DNA of 61,940 nt, filler included, from Sphacelaria rigidula (GCA_964200075.2; 7 parts of 7 records of this genome joined end to end with filler, not necessarily neighbours in it); one strand, 5' to 3'. Positions 12,601 to 26,313 are shown, counted from the whole stretch's first letter. The notes: generated from the letters alone by a model not told the origin. Made by a program: numbers and translations.

Positions 12601-15600
12601 AGGTTGGGTGACGGTTTCAGCCGGCCTTGAACTATTTCCTTCTGTTCAGTTGTTGTTGTAGAGCTGGTGGTATTACTCAACGAGCATATCGGGCCATAGA
12701 ATCGTTGTAGATCATGTATCAGAAGCACATGGTTCACCGACCGTGTAGCAAGTAACGCAAAAGAGACTCTGCGCGGCACCGCCTGTAACGTGCGGTAAGA
12801 AATTCATGAGCCCGAAAATGCTCAGGGCAAAAATCTCAAAATACAGGGAAGTTCCGAAAACATTGTGTGAAATTTCCAGCACAGACTAATCTTGGAATGA
12901 GGATCGCGTATATCATAACTCATTTGTTTTCCTCGCAAACGAAAAGTGATGACAGTGTAAGGCTTTCCACCGTTATGATTACCACAACTGTAGAGTACCA
13001 GGCTTGTTGCATAACCAGCCTTACACTTCACGTGTAGTATATACCAAGGTTGTGTTCTGTAGGGTATGGGTATGTTCTGCAGGGTATGGGATTCGTTACG
13101 TAACTTGCAGAAATATCGGATACCTGTTTGAACGTCTCACAAAAGTTCAAGAACTTATCGAGTACGGTACGGGGGGCTGACAGAAAACCGTACTGGCGAT
13201 CGGGTAATTCTTCAACGGCATACCTGCGCTCCAGGCACGGGCATACATTATGTACATAACTCATGGAACTGCCGGGCAAGGGTATGGGAGGCGTACAAAT
13301 CTCACAGAAACTGTCGGGCAGGGTATGAAGGCTGCACAGAAAACCGTGCCCGAAACCGGGCATCTTATCAAGAGCATATCCGTGCCCCCGGTAACGGTAC
13401 GGGAGGTTTACAGAACTCACATAACTATCGGGTGAGGGTATGAAAGTCTTACAGACTTGATAGAACTGTCGGGTACCGGTATGAAAGTGTCGGGTACGGT
13501 AAATACCCGGGAAAATATCCCGGGTATACAGAAAACCGTACCCTACAGAACACAACCTTGGAATATACTTCGCGTGTCTATGTTGTTGGACCGGTTCAAA
13601 GATGGGCATAACAGCTGCTCACTTTTGTCGTTCGTGTCGAACATATATATACCATGGGGCATTATAGACTTCCAGTGGACGGTGTTTGTTTTCGCCCGTT
13701 ACGGGGGGTCCGGAAAGGCCTGTGACTCCAACATCCCGACAACAGGCTAAAAAATGAACACATAAAAAGAAGGTTCATTGAAAGGTTTGTAATGCCCCAT
13801 TGTATATGTTTGCAAATCTCCAGAGTCTATCTCCAAGCATAAGCGTGAGCATTTGCGGGTGAATGAAGTTTGGGACATAAGCGTGAATCGGCCTGTCACT
13901 CGTACCAATCTGTCGAAAACGGGGTAATATATGTACAATACATTTTCGCTCTGATCTCTAGAAACATGCTATCATCTTGTGAACCAACTCCCGTTTCACA
14001 GGTCTGACTACCACGAGGCAGCTTAATTTTTTGGGTTTACACTACCCGCCCCCTGCCCCCCTCCCCTGTGCACCTGTGCATACCAAAGATTTGGCGGCGT
14101 GAAAATTAGGATGTTCTTCATTTTTTCATCTATGTGCCACCGCTTGTTTTGGGACCGGAAAAATGCCGAAAAAGTGTCAGTCCAACAGTTTTCGTTATGC
14201 TTTAAGAAATTCAGGTGGCGGTTCGACACCTTCCACACAAGTCCAGCACTTCACACATGGCTCAGCGGGGTTACGTGTTTTCTCCCGATTGAAATATGGT
14301 GATGTGAAAGCCTGCCTTGCACGTGGAGAACCTTGACAGCATTGCCTCTGGACTGCTACCATAGTGCTGCACTTGCAGTAGGTGTACCGCCAAGCATTGT
14401 ACGCAGAAAACGTGCTGCGTGTCTTTCTTTGCACTTGAGAAAATTGTTCGTACAAGTAGTGCCAGCGTATTCGCTGGACGATCTATTATCGGCAGCACAC
14501 CTGATGGACGGCGCACGGACCCTCTTCCTCTCAGAACACGCGCACTTTCAGTGGATTTGTTGTAGTTTTTTAGTTCCAGCCACAAGTTTGGATATTTCAC
14601 GTGTACTGCTTACTCTTTGTCATGCTTGCCGTCATCCGTGTCCTACATACTGTAGGTGCAAGAAGCCGTTCGTACGACCGTGCTGGGATTGTTGGGGTCT
14701 CTCCCTCGGCACGCCTTCGAGACCACCGCTATTTCCACAGGGGATGCTCTCGCTAACCTCATGTTCCAGCTGCAGATGACTGGGTACATGTTCAAGAACG
14801 CAGAGTATCGTCTATCTTTGCAGTCTTCCATGCGCACCCCACCTGCCCTTCTTCCAGGCGAGATACCTACTCTGTGTGCTGCTGTACTATATTTGCGATC
14901 GTTCCCTGCTTGAATAGTATTTTCTCGCACCGCACGATGTTAACGCTTTGGTTTCTATCGTTCCGGATGTTCAAGTTTGTGCTGGCCGAACTGCAATTAC
15001 TGCAACTCATTTAGACATAGGACGTCATGCGAGTTTCCCTCGCGGGTATTTGGCGAGAAAAAGGTATGTTCGGCTTGCACCACTATGCTCCGAGAGCTGA
15101 CCTGACCAGCCCTCTGGTGTTTCGCACATCAGGGCGAGCAAGTACCGACGATGAAAACGAGTCTATGGTTGATCCTGTGGAGATCGATGACGATGGAAGG
15201 CTTAAGGTATCTCGACCAAAAGTGAGCGGGAAGATCAAACTCACCTACAACGAGGCAACCGAAGAAGAGCGAGCACTAGAGGTGGATGCTGACGCATACA
15301 TGAAGGAGCTCAGGGGTCAGGTATGCACTTGTCACGTTTGTTGACGACTTGCTTCGATGGCTCTACGTGGCTTGTTACTCTGCTCTGCTTTTCTGTCGAC
15401 TCGCTTCCGGTGTGCGCACGTTGTTTTGGCGGGCATACCGTCAAGTCGAATATGTGTTAGTATGATAACTTCGGTCTACTTCACCAAGTTTTGTCCCACA
15501 GCACGTGTGTCACGAGTTCAAGTGCGGGTTTCGTTGCCACGTTTGTCGTGTATTGGGCAGGTCGAACAGCTGCAGTCCCAGCTGTTACAGGTGCACGAGC

Positions 15601-16983
15601 AAAAGGATGAAGCCTTCACGAAGGACTTGCTCCTCTACATCAAGTCTATGCCGGAAAGTCAGTTGCAAGTGAGTTTGCTATCCGTATGCTTGGGTCCCGC
15701 CGAGCGTTCTACATTCTAGTCGGCGCAGCGAATCATGTACTCGTACTATCTTCTCGTGGGGGACTTCGCTCCACGACGAGCAGCATTAATGAGCTGGGAA
15801 GACCCTGGTCCAGGCGACCTATGTCGGCATGCCCCCTGCTAGAGCACTCTACTCGTGCGTATCTTTTGTGGAAAATGTTTGGAAAGTGGTGGTGGGGGGG
15901 TAATACTACGATGCACTGCGTCGAGAAGCAGAATTGCCGTTCACAAGGAGTTTTATGTGTAGCTTCCACTCTATTTCCACGTACACCACGAGTATGGCGT
16001 GTTGCTGACGTGCTCTAGTGCAAGGGCTGACTTGATTCGTGCTTTACTCAGGGGTTGACTACGGGCGTGAGTCCTGAGGTGCTCGAGGCAATGCGGCTCC
16101 TTGTGGAGACGGTCATGGGAGGAATGGGCAACAGGTGAGTGTGCGTTGGTTCAAGTGTACACAAGATCTGCCATTTTCCCGAAACATAGCTTTCGTCCTG
16201 TCTTCACATGAAGTTACTGCTGGGAGCGAACCGCTAGTAGCCTGTTGTTGCTTCGTCTGTTCCAAACACGGACGGATCGTTTGCTGCCTGTCGAGGTGAT
16301 GACACATTTTTTCACTTGTTTGAGCACAACCCCGCAGGTTCGGTGGACCACGTCGAGTCGCCCAGTTTTCCGCGAGCATGTTCCTTGTTTGCCCTGGACG
16401 CCACGGCCTTCGTCGAAAGCCGCATGTTCCAGGATGTTTTGTGCTTTTGGTTTTCACATGCATACACATCGGAGCATGTGCACAATACCATTGTTCGTAC
16501 AGCAAGAGCGGCATTTAATTATTTTCGATGCCTAAACCTGACGTTGATGTCGCTGTCGGATGCCACCGCTCTCAATACTTTGTAAATATACTTGAACGCA
16601 TTTTTTTTTTTTCCCTGCAGCGAGTGTTTCAGTTTTGTTTCGTCTTGGGTACGTCCATCATGCGACCACTGCTGGATCCCTGGGGGGGCAGTTGAAGTAC
16701 GACAACGGATCAAACAACCATGCCCTTCAGTGGACGCCTGTCGTTGTTTCGCAAAAAGTGTCGGACGATTTTTTCGATAAATAATTTTACTTCCTCGTCC
16801 GAAACCCGCTGTGTATATGACACCCCACGCCTGTTATCCAATGCCAGCGAAATCTTCATGAAAACCTTGACGCAGCAAACAGGGGCCAGCATGGCCCAGC
16901 TTTGTATGTGGCAGCTCGTCGTTGGATTCAACTTACGAGAACTGGAAGCCCGGGAGGACATGCGCAAAACCTTCGACAAATAA
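9633..16983 (+). CDS. Plastid-targeted protein with two DUF760 domains, 447 aa (exons 9633-9725, 9942-10475, 14656-14857, 15133-15320, 15561-15668, 16052-16134, 16848-16983)
   Basis: Exons sum to 1344 nt in one open frame. Signal peptide ends GNA-FIIP (ASAFAP-like), followed by a Ser/Arg-rich transit peptide. Domain 1: VQEAVRTTVLGLLGSLP...QMTGYMFKNAEYR. Domain 2: LLLYIKSMP...VSPEVLEAM...VGFNLRELEAR. Confidence 0.9.
13045..13560. mobile_element. hAT-type MITE in intron 2 of the DUF760 gene
   Basis: 22-bp perfect TIR CAAGGTTGTGTTCTGTAGGGTA; 8-bp TSD GTATATAC / GAATATAC; internal CAGAA/GGGTA repeats. Confidence 0.88.
16620..16715 (+). repeat. Dispersed retroposon-like 3' tail family (GACCACTGCTGGATCCCTGGGGG..CAGT)
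   Basis: Related copies at ~18558-18665 (+), ~24415-24462 (+) and ~48095-48213 (-); some end in ATCA repeats. Confidence 0.6.
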
Positions 16984-17630
16984 GGCATCCCGAACGAGCA
17001 CATTTCCACAATTCCAGGCCGGGTGGATGGTTAGGATGCGGGTGCTTTCGCGGACGCAACAGAGCTGTTGCCGCTGTAAAATAAAGGGAGAACTATTATA
17101 GTGTAGTGGGCAGTGTTTGTCGATCACTGCCACGATCATAGGTAATGCGCCAACATCAGAGGGATAAGCCGCGCACGAGCTTCACTTGTTGACATAGTCA
17201 TCCGAACAGAAACACCGTTAGAAGCAGTACAGTAGCAAACTGAATATCCCTTTTATTTTTTGCTTCATTACGGTAAAGAGATATACATGAGTATTGCAGT
17301 CATGGCCCCATGAACTTTGGACAGTACAGTGCAGGAAGTATAGCGCAGCAGTCAATTAAAAAAAAGTAGTGTTTCCCGGACAGTCTTGCCCGGAGGATTG
17401 TGATATTGTAGGCGGGGAGGCCACGGCAGGCCGCTCGAGCGTTGAACGAAATTATTTGGGCAATGGCCTAGAAAAGGTAAACCTTCTCGTTTTCTGCCTA
17501 GGAAATGTACGAAAAATGGTCAGGATCGCGAAAACAGCCAAACACACCATTTTGACCGCTTTTGCTCCGGATTTTTCACACACATCATTCGGGGGGGCCA
17601 TTGGCACCCGGGACTCGAAAACAAACGGAT

Positions 17631-17730
17631 NNNNNNNNNNNNNNNNNNNNNNNNNNNNNNNNNNNNNNNNNNNNTTAATTAATTAANNNNNNNNNNNNNN
17701 NNNNNNNNNNNNNNNNNNNNNNNNNNNNNN
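17631..17730. other. Artificial contig linker
   Basis: N44-TTAATTAATTAA-N44. Confidence 0.97.
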
Positions 17731-17804
17731 TTTTGTGTTTTTGTGTTGTCCGGTGTTTGTTGTTGTTTTGTGTTGTGGGGTGGGTGGGGGGTGGTGGGTG
17801 GGTG

Positions 17805-17835
<31 letters not shown>

Positions 17836-17900
17836 GTACTTATTTGTTGCTTGCCTTAAGTCATTTGACCGTTGACCACGCATCCCTTTCGATACGGAGC
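17836..17900 (+). repeat. Dispersed repeat adjoining poly-G (TTTGTTGCT..TTGACC..GACCACGCATCCCTTTCGA)
   Basis: Related copies at ~23726-23787 (-) and ~44401-44461 (+). Confidence 0.65.
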
Positions 17901-18744
17901 ATGTTTTGTTTGGGGGGGGGGGGTTATCGGGACTTTACTTTACTCGGAGTTTTCAGCTTCCTATTTGATGCGGCGTAGAGGAAAATCTATTGTACCTGCC
18001 AGGCTCAGCCATCAAGCTAAAATTCGCGTGATCAAAATAAAGTTTTATCTGATGCACGGTATAACTCGTCAGCAGGCAGTTGTTGGATTATTTATCCCCA
18101 ATGTGACACTCATTGATCGAAGTACCCACCGATCACTGCGAGTGCTTCCGATAGAAGCATGATGGACGAGCAACAAGATTACCATACTATCAGCGAGACG
18201 TAAAATGTGCGTTGTCTGTCTGAAATGCATTGCGAGCCGTCTCGAGAGACAGTAGAAAAGATGACCTAGCAGGGTCTAGATATTGAGAAATTGGTCGAAG
18301 TATCCCACATGGCCAACTTTTCGTGTGCCGCCGTGGCCAATTCGCAATACACCCACCCCACGTATGCATGTCATGCACCTTCGTAAATTTGAACCTGAGC
18401 GCTCCACTCACTGTCTTGAAAAGGGGGCTGTTCGCGGAATCTTGCTGCAGTGCGTATACATCATGCACTCTGTTTTTTAAATCGCTTTCGTTCTTGTTCT
18501 TCAGCTTCTTCTCCTTTTGTTCTCTCCATCTGTCTACCCTCTTCTCAAGCTTCCTCCGACGAGTTTTTGTGTTATTTTTCATTTGCCTTGGGCAATTTCA
18601 TATCATGATCCCTGGGGGTCAGTCAATGTACTATTATAGCCAATTGATCAACACATCAATCAATCTTGTCTCGCCTTTATCGTCACCACCACCACCACCA
18701 CCGCCACTATCGCCATCATCAATCCGATCCATCAATGCCACCAG

Positions 18745-21700
18745 GTGGACGGCGTTCACCACGGCCAATCAACCGCGTTGCTGCGCTATGCGGGAAAGCT
18801 ATCTGGTCTGTACCCCGAGAATCCGTTGACGGCGATGAAGGTAAGTACGGTAAACCACGGGGGACTTGTGAAAGAGCGATGTTGATATTATTCACTTTTC
18901 ATACGCGACATCGCGTGAGTTTTGTGCAACGGTGCTAAATACTCCAGTCAGATTCACACAGTTTAAAAAACTGCGAACCGTAATAATATTCGAATGCGAC
19001 GAATGCGACCTGAGCCATATACGTAAAATACATGAAGCAACATAATATACAGTATACTCGGTACATATCTGTGCTTGTAGATGAATATGCTACAATATAC
19101 ATATATATCTTGATATAGCTTGCCATCCTGCACGACTCATGTGCCACTTTTTCACAGCACCCCTTCATATCCATACCCTTTCATACCCATCTTGTGCCCA
19201 CCATAACTACACTACGGCAAGTTCGCGCACCTTAGACATGACCACCCGTTGAGACGCTCCTGGAAACCTTCTCACAGCCTTCTCGGAAGATAATTCAAGG
19301 GAGCAGAAACAACGTAGCGCCGTCCAGCCGTTGTCTGATGACAACGCTTCGTCAATATACGAAGAATATATGTTGACTTCGCTATCTAATCAGTTTCCCG
19401 AACGAGCCACCTCCCTCCCGATTGTCAAATCATGCATTTACCCTTCCGGTTGTTCGCACCGACTATACGTGTGTTGTGGTCATGCCTGATTGTTGCACCA
19501 GGTGGACGAGATTGTGATGGCGGCCGAGGACGTGAACACCCTCGCGTTTTCCCCTTTTGGCAAGGCCCCGGAGGTTCAGGTCCGATCAATTTGCGAAGAG
19601 AAAACTCTGTGTGGCTCTTCAACCTTATTTTATTTTGCTTCTCTCACAGTCGTCGTATGTACTATTATATGTACGATGGTGTCTACATCAGCACGATGTT
19701 TAGTCCTCGCTTGACGGAGAAGAGCCGGCCACACGTTTCATTCAGCGCATGTCTGATGACAGTCGATAACGTCAGAATTGCAGGTTCACCTGGCTGCATA
19801 CATATATACATATATACATATATACACTCACGAGCGCTGTCTACAGCAATAGTGAAAGTTCTGAGCATTTTTGTGAAGGCAGTAATGACGTATGCCTTCA
19901 CATTTCGACCGTTAACCTCAGGAACCTATATTCCCGGTATGGATGGGCGAAATGCTTGGTTGTTGTAGATCCAGACTGCGTTTTCCTAGGATTACGCTAG
20001 TATTTAGTGATTATATTTGCGCCGTTGCTACATCAAGTCGATCTTGTCATGGGTACCCTTCAAGGGGGGGGGGGCAGGGACAGAGGGGAGGGGGTACAAA
20101 TGCGATACACGTTGACATGTTGGAGCGTAGATATATGTGCTGGGCATGTAGTCCCGTCTTGCGCTCATGCACCTGAGAACCACCAGAGGGTGCGACAAAG
20201 CCATCGCTAACCTGGCAGCTAGGAACACCAACCGTAGCCCTGATGATACATCAGGCGTATACTAGCATAATATTCACACCCTAACCCCTCAATGCATTCA
20301 CCCCATCTTATGTAGTTTTCTCCTTCCAGGCCTTGCAATCCTGTTGTCTCCAGTCTATCACAAAGCACAAAGCACGTAAAACATATCCATGACTCTACCC
20401 CTTTTCACTTATCGGCGTGTTGTGATTATCTCCCCCTGTCCCTGCCTGTCCCTCCCCCTTCTCTCTCTCTCTTTCCCTCTTTGCAAGCAGAAGAAGATGT
20501 GTGACGAGATGTGTGCTGGAAAACTGAAAACGTTTCTTGGGCAGCTGAGCGCCAAACTTGAAGCGAACTCTGCTACCTCCCGGTACTTCGTCGGCGATGC
20601 TCTCACCATTGCCGATCTGCAGGTCCGTGTGTATGATGCTCACTATAAATCTGGTGAAAGACTGATGAGCTGTACTATGACTGGTAGTTAATTTGGCAAA
20701 AGCTAGTTAACAATATAGAACAGGAGGGAGGGAGAATGTGCTCTTCTTCGTGTGGTATATATATCTTTGTCTGCCTGTCTTTCGACGTCACATCGGCAAG
20801 TTACAGGTTGTACATGTGTGGCCCATATGTCATGTGTGCGTGTGCCATGTCGATGATATACCCGGCATCGTGAGTATTCTCGTGTGCTTTTGCTTCGCTC
20901 AATTTTGTGGGCCTGTGGCGGGCTTACGCTGTTTCGTTCGTTCCAGATGTTTGTGACCGTCACAATTTTGGAGTCTGGTGTAATGCCGATCCCGAAGACG
21001 TTCGTGGGCGAAGTGGCCCCATCGCTGAAGGAGCACCATGATGACGTCGTGGCCAAACACCCCAAGGTATGATACTGGTGAGAATAGTGTATCACACTTC
21101 GTTCGAGTTGTGAGTTGTGGTGCGGCAAGCCAACCATTGCCTTGGACAAGATCATTCGGTTGTTTCAAGAATATCGCGACGGCTAGGGGGGTGAGAAGCG
21201 AACGGCTCTCGACGGGTGGTGAACGGCGCATTATGATAGGCGCGCTGAGCTGGTGGTCAATGTATTGCAAATTCAAGCGAAGCGTAACTGCGAACGGCTG
21301 TAACCCGAATGCACGACGATGCTCAACGACGAAGTAGTGTCTTGCACATGCTTTAGCCTGCCTTCGGCAATGCTGAAACCACCGGGGAACGCGTGTCACA
21401 CGCGGGAATGTGTGAGCTCGAATCAACCCAACTATAGATGCATGTAATACACGCCAATCGATATTGCAACAAACAAAGCCCCTAGCATGTGCTCGTGGAA
21501 TTGCGCCGAAATCAAGGTAAGATCAAAAACATAACCCACTCTTTATGGACCTAGCCTTCTCCTGTCCGTTTACCCCCCCCCCGTCACCTGTATGACTGTC
21601 TTTCCCAGTCTCTCTTTGCGGCTTCGTCTTTGTCCCTTGCTGTCCATCACTTCTTCTCTGTATTGTGTCTCTGTCTGCGTGTCTACCCTCTACATGTACA

Positions 21701-21814
21701 TACACCAAACAAGCTCGAAATTTACGTATCTTTTCCGACTCTTGCTTTACACTGTCGTGTGCTGGTCTATACCTGCAGGTGGCCCAATACTACGCTTCGA
21801 AAGGCAAACAGTAA
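18745..21814 (+). CDS. Glutathione S-transferase (sigma-like), 5'-partial (exons 18745-18840, 19502-19579, 20491-20622, 20947-21066, 21779-21814)
   Basis: All phase-0 GT-AG junctions: VDGVHHGQSTALLRYAGKLSGLYPENPLTAMK-VDEIVMAAED...-...YFVGDALTIADLQ-...KHPK-VAQYYASKGKQ*. Shows the QSxAxxRY and YFVGDxLTxADL GST signatures. N-terminal exons not found on this contig. Confidence 0.92.
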
Positions 21815-22526
21815 CCTGCACACGCGGCACATCGGCGCTTCAAAATGCCAACAGTAACCTGCAAATGAGGCACATATCTCGATGTTTGGGCGCATAGTAT
21901 TCCCTTGTTTTTGTTGTTTGTTGTCTGTGTATCATAGCACAGGCGCTCTTGATTTGTGGGTCGCAAGTGAACCTGTTGAGGTGTAGCACGCATGAGTCAA
22001 TAGACCTTGGATTGTGTCCGGAGTCGACACTCCCGTTGGGTGTGGAGTCAACCGCACTCGTGATGGATAAAAGACGGCACATAAGTGGTGGTAGCGCGTG
22101 TACGTCTTCGTGGGATCCCCTTGAAAGTATGCATGTAGCGTAGGGAGGTTTCGGTACTTGTGAGGTTGTAGAATAGAGAGCATGATTAAACAGAGTCAAG
22201 TAGTAGTGGGACGGTTCCACGTGGAACATGGCCAATCCAAGCGAGGGAGGGACCCGGAGAGGAAGAGGGGGAGGGAAAGGGAGGAAGAGGTACGGTACAT
22301 GGGCATGCTTGTCTGATGCAGGTTTCGTTTTTATTATCAGATACAGTGGAAAGTTTCGGAAACGATATTTTGTTTTTGTCGGCGTCACGGTTGGTAGCAT
22401 GTGTCTCTATAGTAGTCAGCATAAGAGGTTTTCAGAATTAAGTCAAGAGTCTCGGAAACTTGTCTTGTTTTCACGCAAAAAATTCAAAAACTCGAAATGG
22501 TGAGAACAAACGCAACTTCTTCTTAA

Positions 22527-22654
22527 CCCTTTGGGAACTAGACCCCCAGGGAGTGCTGACTTTTGTTTCGGTGAATCGGCATCATTTTCAGTCAAAATGA
22601 TGCCGATTCACAAAGATCAACAAAACAAGAATCAGCACTTGAGTTCGCAAAGGG
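22527..22654. mobile_element. piggyBac-type MITE
   Basis: TTAA|CCCTTTGGGAACT...AGTTCGCAAAGGG|TTAA; internal perfect 18-bp hairpin at 22571-22611. Confidence 0.85.
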
Positions 22655-25056
22655 TTAAAGTACCACTTCATGAGACGCACAAACAGCGCTGACGTGGACA
22701 TTCGTGAGATACGACATGTTTCGCGAGTCTCGAACAATCTATTTTTGTGCGCTCAATTGTGTCAGTCAGCAGTTTAGGGTCACTCGTAGCGGCAGCGACA
22801 ATCCGGAGACTTCGAGGACCGAAAATGACCCGCACACTACTCTGACGCTCACATCACTTTGGAATCTACCTTTGTCAGCGCAGTGTTTCCTAGAAGCAAA
22901 CGCGGAGGTGCCCATGAGATATCCGCACGACCGACGGATAGAGTGGATTCAAGACGAGCCCTAGGTATTTCCGTGATATATAGAAAAACGCGGGTATGTA
23001 GAGTAGGTCCCACTCTTGACTACGAAAACACCACGAAACGGGAACTCCTTACATCTCCGCCACCGCCAAAATGTCCCCCACGCAAAACCGTGTCTGACAC
23101 ACTTTAAGCCGTGACACGAGTATGCACACACTCGTCTCCATAGGTCCTGCACCACCAGCGGTACAAAACCCGCGTACGCGAACACGTATGACCCGACCTG
23201 CGCGTGACGAATGCGTGATACTGGTATCTTCAAGGCCCTGCGTTTGGCGCGGACGCATGAGCAGCACCACGTGCTATGGTTCCGTTTTCAAAGCCGTTTC
23301 CCACGTATCATTTGCTGCCGTCCTGCGGCCCTCAACTCATCGGAATTTGTAGCCAACCCTCCAGGCGCACGGTGACAAGCGGCACGGCATAAGTGCTATC
23401 GTATTGTCCACAGATAAGTGTGGCTGAATATTGGCTTCCATCGTAGAAGGCCGGGAGGAAGGGCTACACTCGTGTGCAATTTGTCAGATCCGCAACCTAT
23501 CGACCATACGTCGGCATGCCATTTCTTTCTTCGGCGGTACTCTCAACATGGTACGTTCATCTGTGTGGCGGTCGCCGATTGAATGATATCCTTTTTCCTT
23601 TAGAAGAAAAAGTCGTCGGTTCAGGGCAACGATGGACAGTATGACGGGAAGAAGAGACAAATATGAATGCTCCCAACAGTTTGATAACCCCCCTTCTTTT
23701 CGTGATGCTCTTCACGTCCCCCACCCTCCATCTCGAAAGGGATGCGTGGTTAATGGTCAAACGACTGAGGCGAGCAACAAATGAGTAACCCCCCCCCCCC
23801 CTCGGGAGTGGTCTGTGGTATATATATATAGGGATCAATCCACCTCTCCATGGGTATATGTTGAACACTTTGGTAGCAAATTGAATCAGCACTACAGCAT
23901 CTCGTCGACTTTCGTCATTTTTTTCTGTGCAGCTAACGTCCTCACGTTCTTCAAGGGCGGGAATCATATGATCCTCAGGATTCGGTACAGAGCTACATCT
24001 ACCAGGAACCGAACTCACCACTTCGCTGTAATAGGTTGTACCACGTGTGGGTTGACGACCTGAACGCGGCGATATATAATGACATATAGCAGTACGAGAC
24101 CCCTTTTCCGCAACCAGCGCATGTAGGGCACGGCAAACCCGAAGATGGTGTTCATGTATCGGCTGCCAACTTTGCCGACATACTCCTGAGACCCACCGAG
24201 CAGGTGATGCGATATCCGACCTGACAGCCCCATGAATAAGGGTGATTCAAGGATCCCGCAGTCTGAGCGGGAGAGGGCGCGGTCTGCGGTATGGCCTGCA
24301 TTAAATCCTAGCCTATCGTTTATTTTCCTTCATTTTCTCTCCTCTTCCTTTTCTCGTATCCGCTTTTCTCGAGTTTCCTACACCACTGTTTTCTTATCTA
24401 TGTTTTTTCGTCTACCTTGTGACCACGGCTGGAATCCGTAGCGGGTCAGTGAGTGTGCGACAGCCGCCCCGTCCCGGTGGTCAAAATCATCATGATCATC
24501 TTGAAACCGGTTAGGACGAGGTAGGGAGTACAATTCCCGGTAGACACACACAAAAAGAGTCCAATTTTCGGCGGACACAACTCGGCGCGTTATTTTTTTT
24601 TATCAGAAGTGCCTCGTTTCCGTCGTCGAAAACTTGACGATTTCAGTATGTCATGGTAATGAAAGGTTGTCACTCCAGCTACGCATCGGTAGCCAGTGTG
24701 ATTGCTCGTGTCCCAGGATCAAATACCTCATCTCACGAGAGCAGGTGAGTTGCGTGTCTCGGAGCTGTCCAAATCAACTCTCCACAAAATGGCGCATGTA
24801 GTCTAGGGTCATTCGGTATATTAAATACAACCAGGGAGCTTGACTCACGAGTTGTTCCCTGGTGACTTGACCGCCCGAAGCAAGCCGCACATGGATATGT
24901 AGCTGGATGTGCCAACCCTTGAAGATATGATTGATTAGCTTCTATCTTAATGCTCCATGCATCGCGCCGGCGGAACAAGTGGGCCGATGGGGTCACCACT
25001 GCTATCTGACCTCAAGGCAGTCTTCCCTCAAGTCACTACTATAAAAATTAGATGCG

Positions 25057-25304
25057 ACACTTTCTACGATAGCCCCCCCCCCAAACCCAGCCCAAAAGTG
25101 TCGTGAAAAAAATGGCCATGCAGCGCCCGATGTTTGGGTTCAGGCTGCATGAAGCACCTCATATTGGCGACATTGGCTGGAACAAACCCAAGCGTGGGAA
25201 TTCCCAACAGTGCGTTGTGCTCGGCCTTTTCCATGTCGATTTACGTGAAGATTATGCCTCCTAAAACCATGCACTTTTTCGGGGGGGGCTATCGTAGAAA
25301 GTGT
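25057..25304. mobile_element. MITE with 24-bp TIR ACACTTTCTACGATAGCCCCCCCC
   Basis: Perfect TIR pair; superfamily and TSD unclear. Confidence 0.8.
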
Positions 25305-26313
25305 TATGCTCTTCAACTTCCAATTCCACATCACATATCAGATAGCGACCACTACGTCCTTGCCAGCCTATATCAAAACGACAGCGACCAATACGAACTC
25401 CCCGCCTGAATAAAGATCGAATATTCGCCAAAGATATTAACTTGTCGTACCCGTCAGTCCCTATCACATTACAGTAGCAAAATACGTTTGTGGGACGAAA
25501 AGCGACGCAGTATAGGGTTGCTGGTCTAATCCGCGATGCCAAAGTGTCAGAGGCGTACCGGGGGAGGAGTATTGATGCTTTACCACAATGGGCTTCTCGC
25601 GAGGAAAGAGTGGGGTTCAAGACGGGTTCCAGCCCTGAGACTATCGACTGATCTCGAAGAAGGGCGGGGGCTTTGAAGCACGGTAAATATAACACAAGAC
25701 TCAACATTCCCCTAGCACTTGACTACAGCACTCCACTACTTGACTAGCAGTCCTGCATGTCAGTCATTGCCACGCCTAGCACAAGCACGTCGCGGTGTCC
25801 TAGTGCGCTGAGATTTGAAAACACGACTTCGCCTGTGCGTATGAGTTCATGTGCTGCTGACTGAAGGCGACCGCTACGAAACAAATTTCACTAGATTCTG
25901 AGTGGATGCGTGTAACTCTGACGCATGATCGCTCCGCGGGTGCTGAGTAGTATATTTTCGACTGTTGCGGTATAAGGTGCTGCCTAGTATGGGTGGGATT
26001 AAATTGAACGTTACACAGGATGTGACGACGATTTCTCATGCTCTAGTTGATCAAAACTATGAAAATACACAGAAAGTACCCCGGCGGTGCTCAGTGCTCA
26101 GCAGAAACTGAAGGCATAGGCGTAATTGGGAGGGCTTCTGTTCGCTCAAATAGCACTATCAGTATTCCTACTGATGCTTGTGTGACGAGAAGGTAAAGCT
26201 TAATATTCACATAGTGAAGTGTTGGCCAAAGCTAGATTCTACAGTTCTTTTTGAGTGTGAGATAGATTCCTAGCTTTCTGCAGTCATGATATCAACGCTG
26301 AACTACTTAGACA

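Noticed and set aside
12330..12660. Possible Copia RNase H remnant in the DUF760 intron
   Set aside because: Similarity too weak to support without a search.
13028..13609. 193-aa minus-strand ORF
   Set aside because: Coincides with a MITE that has TIRs and a TSD; no protein signature.
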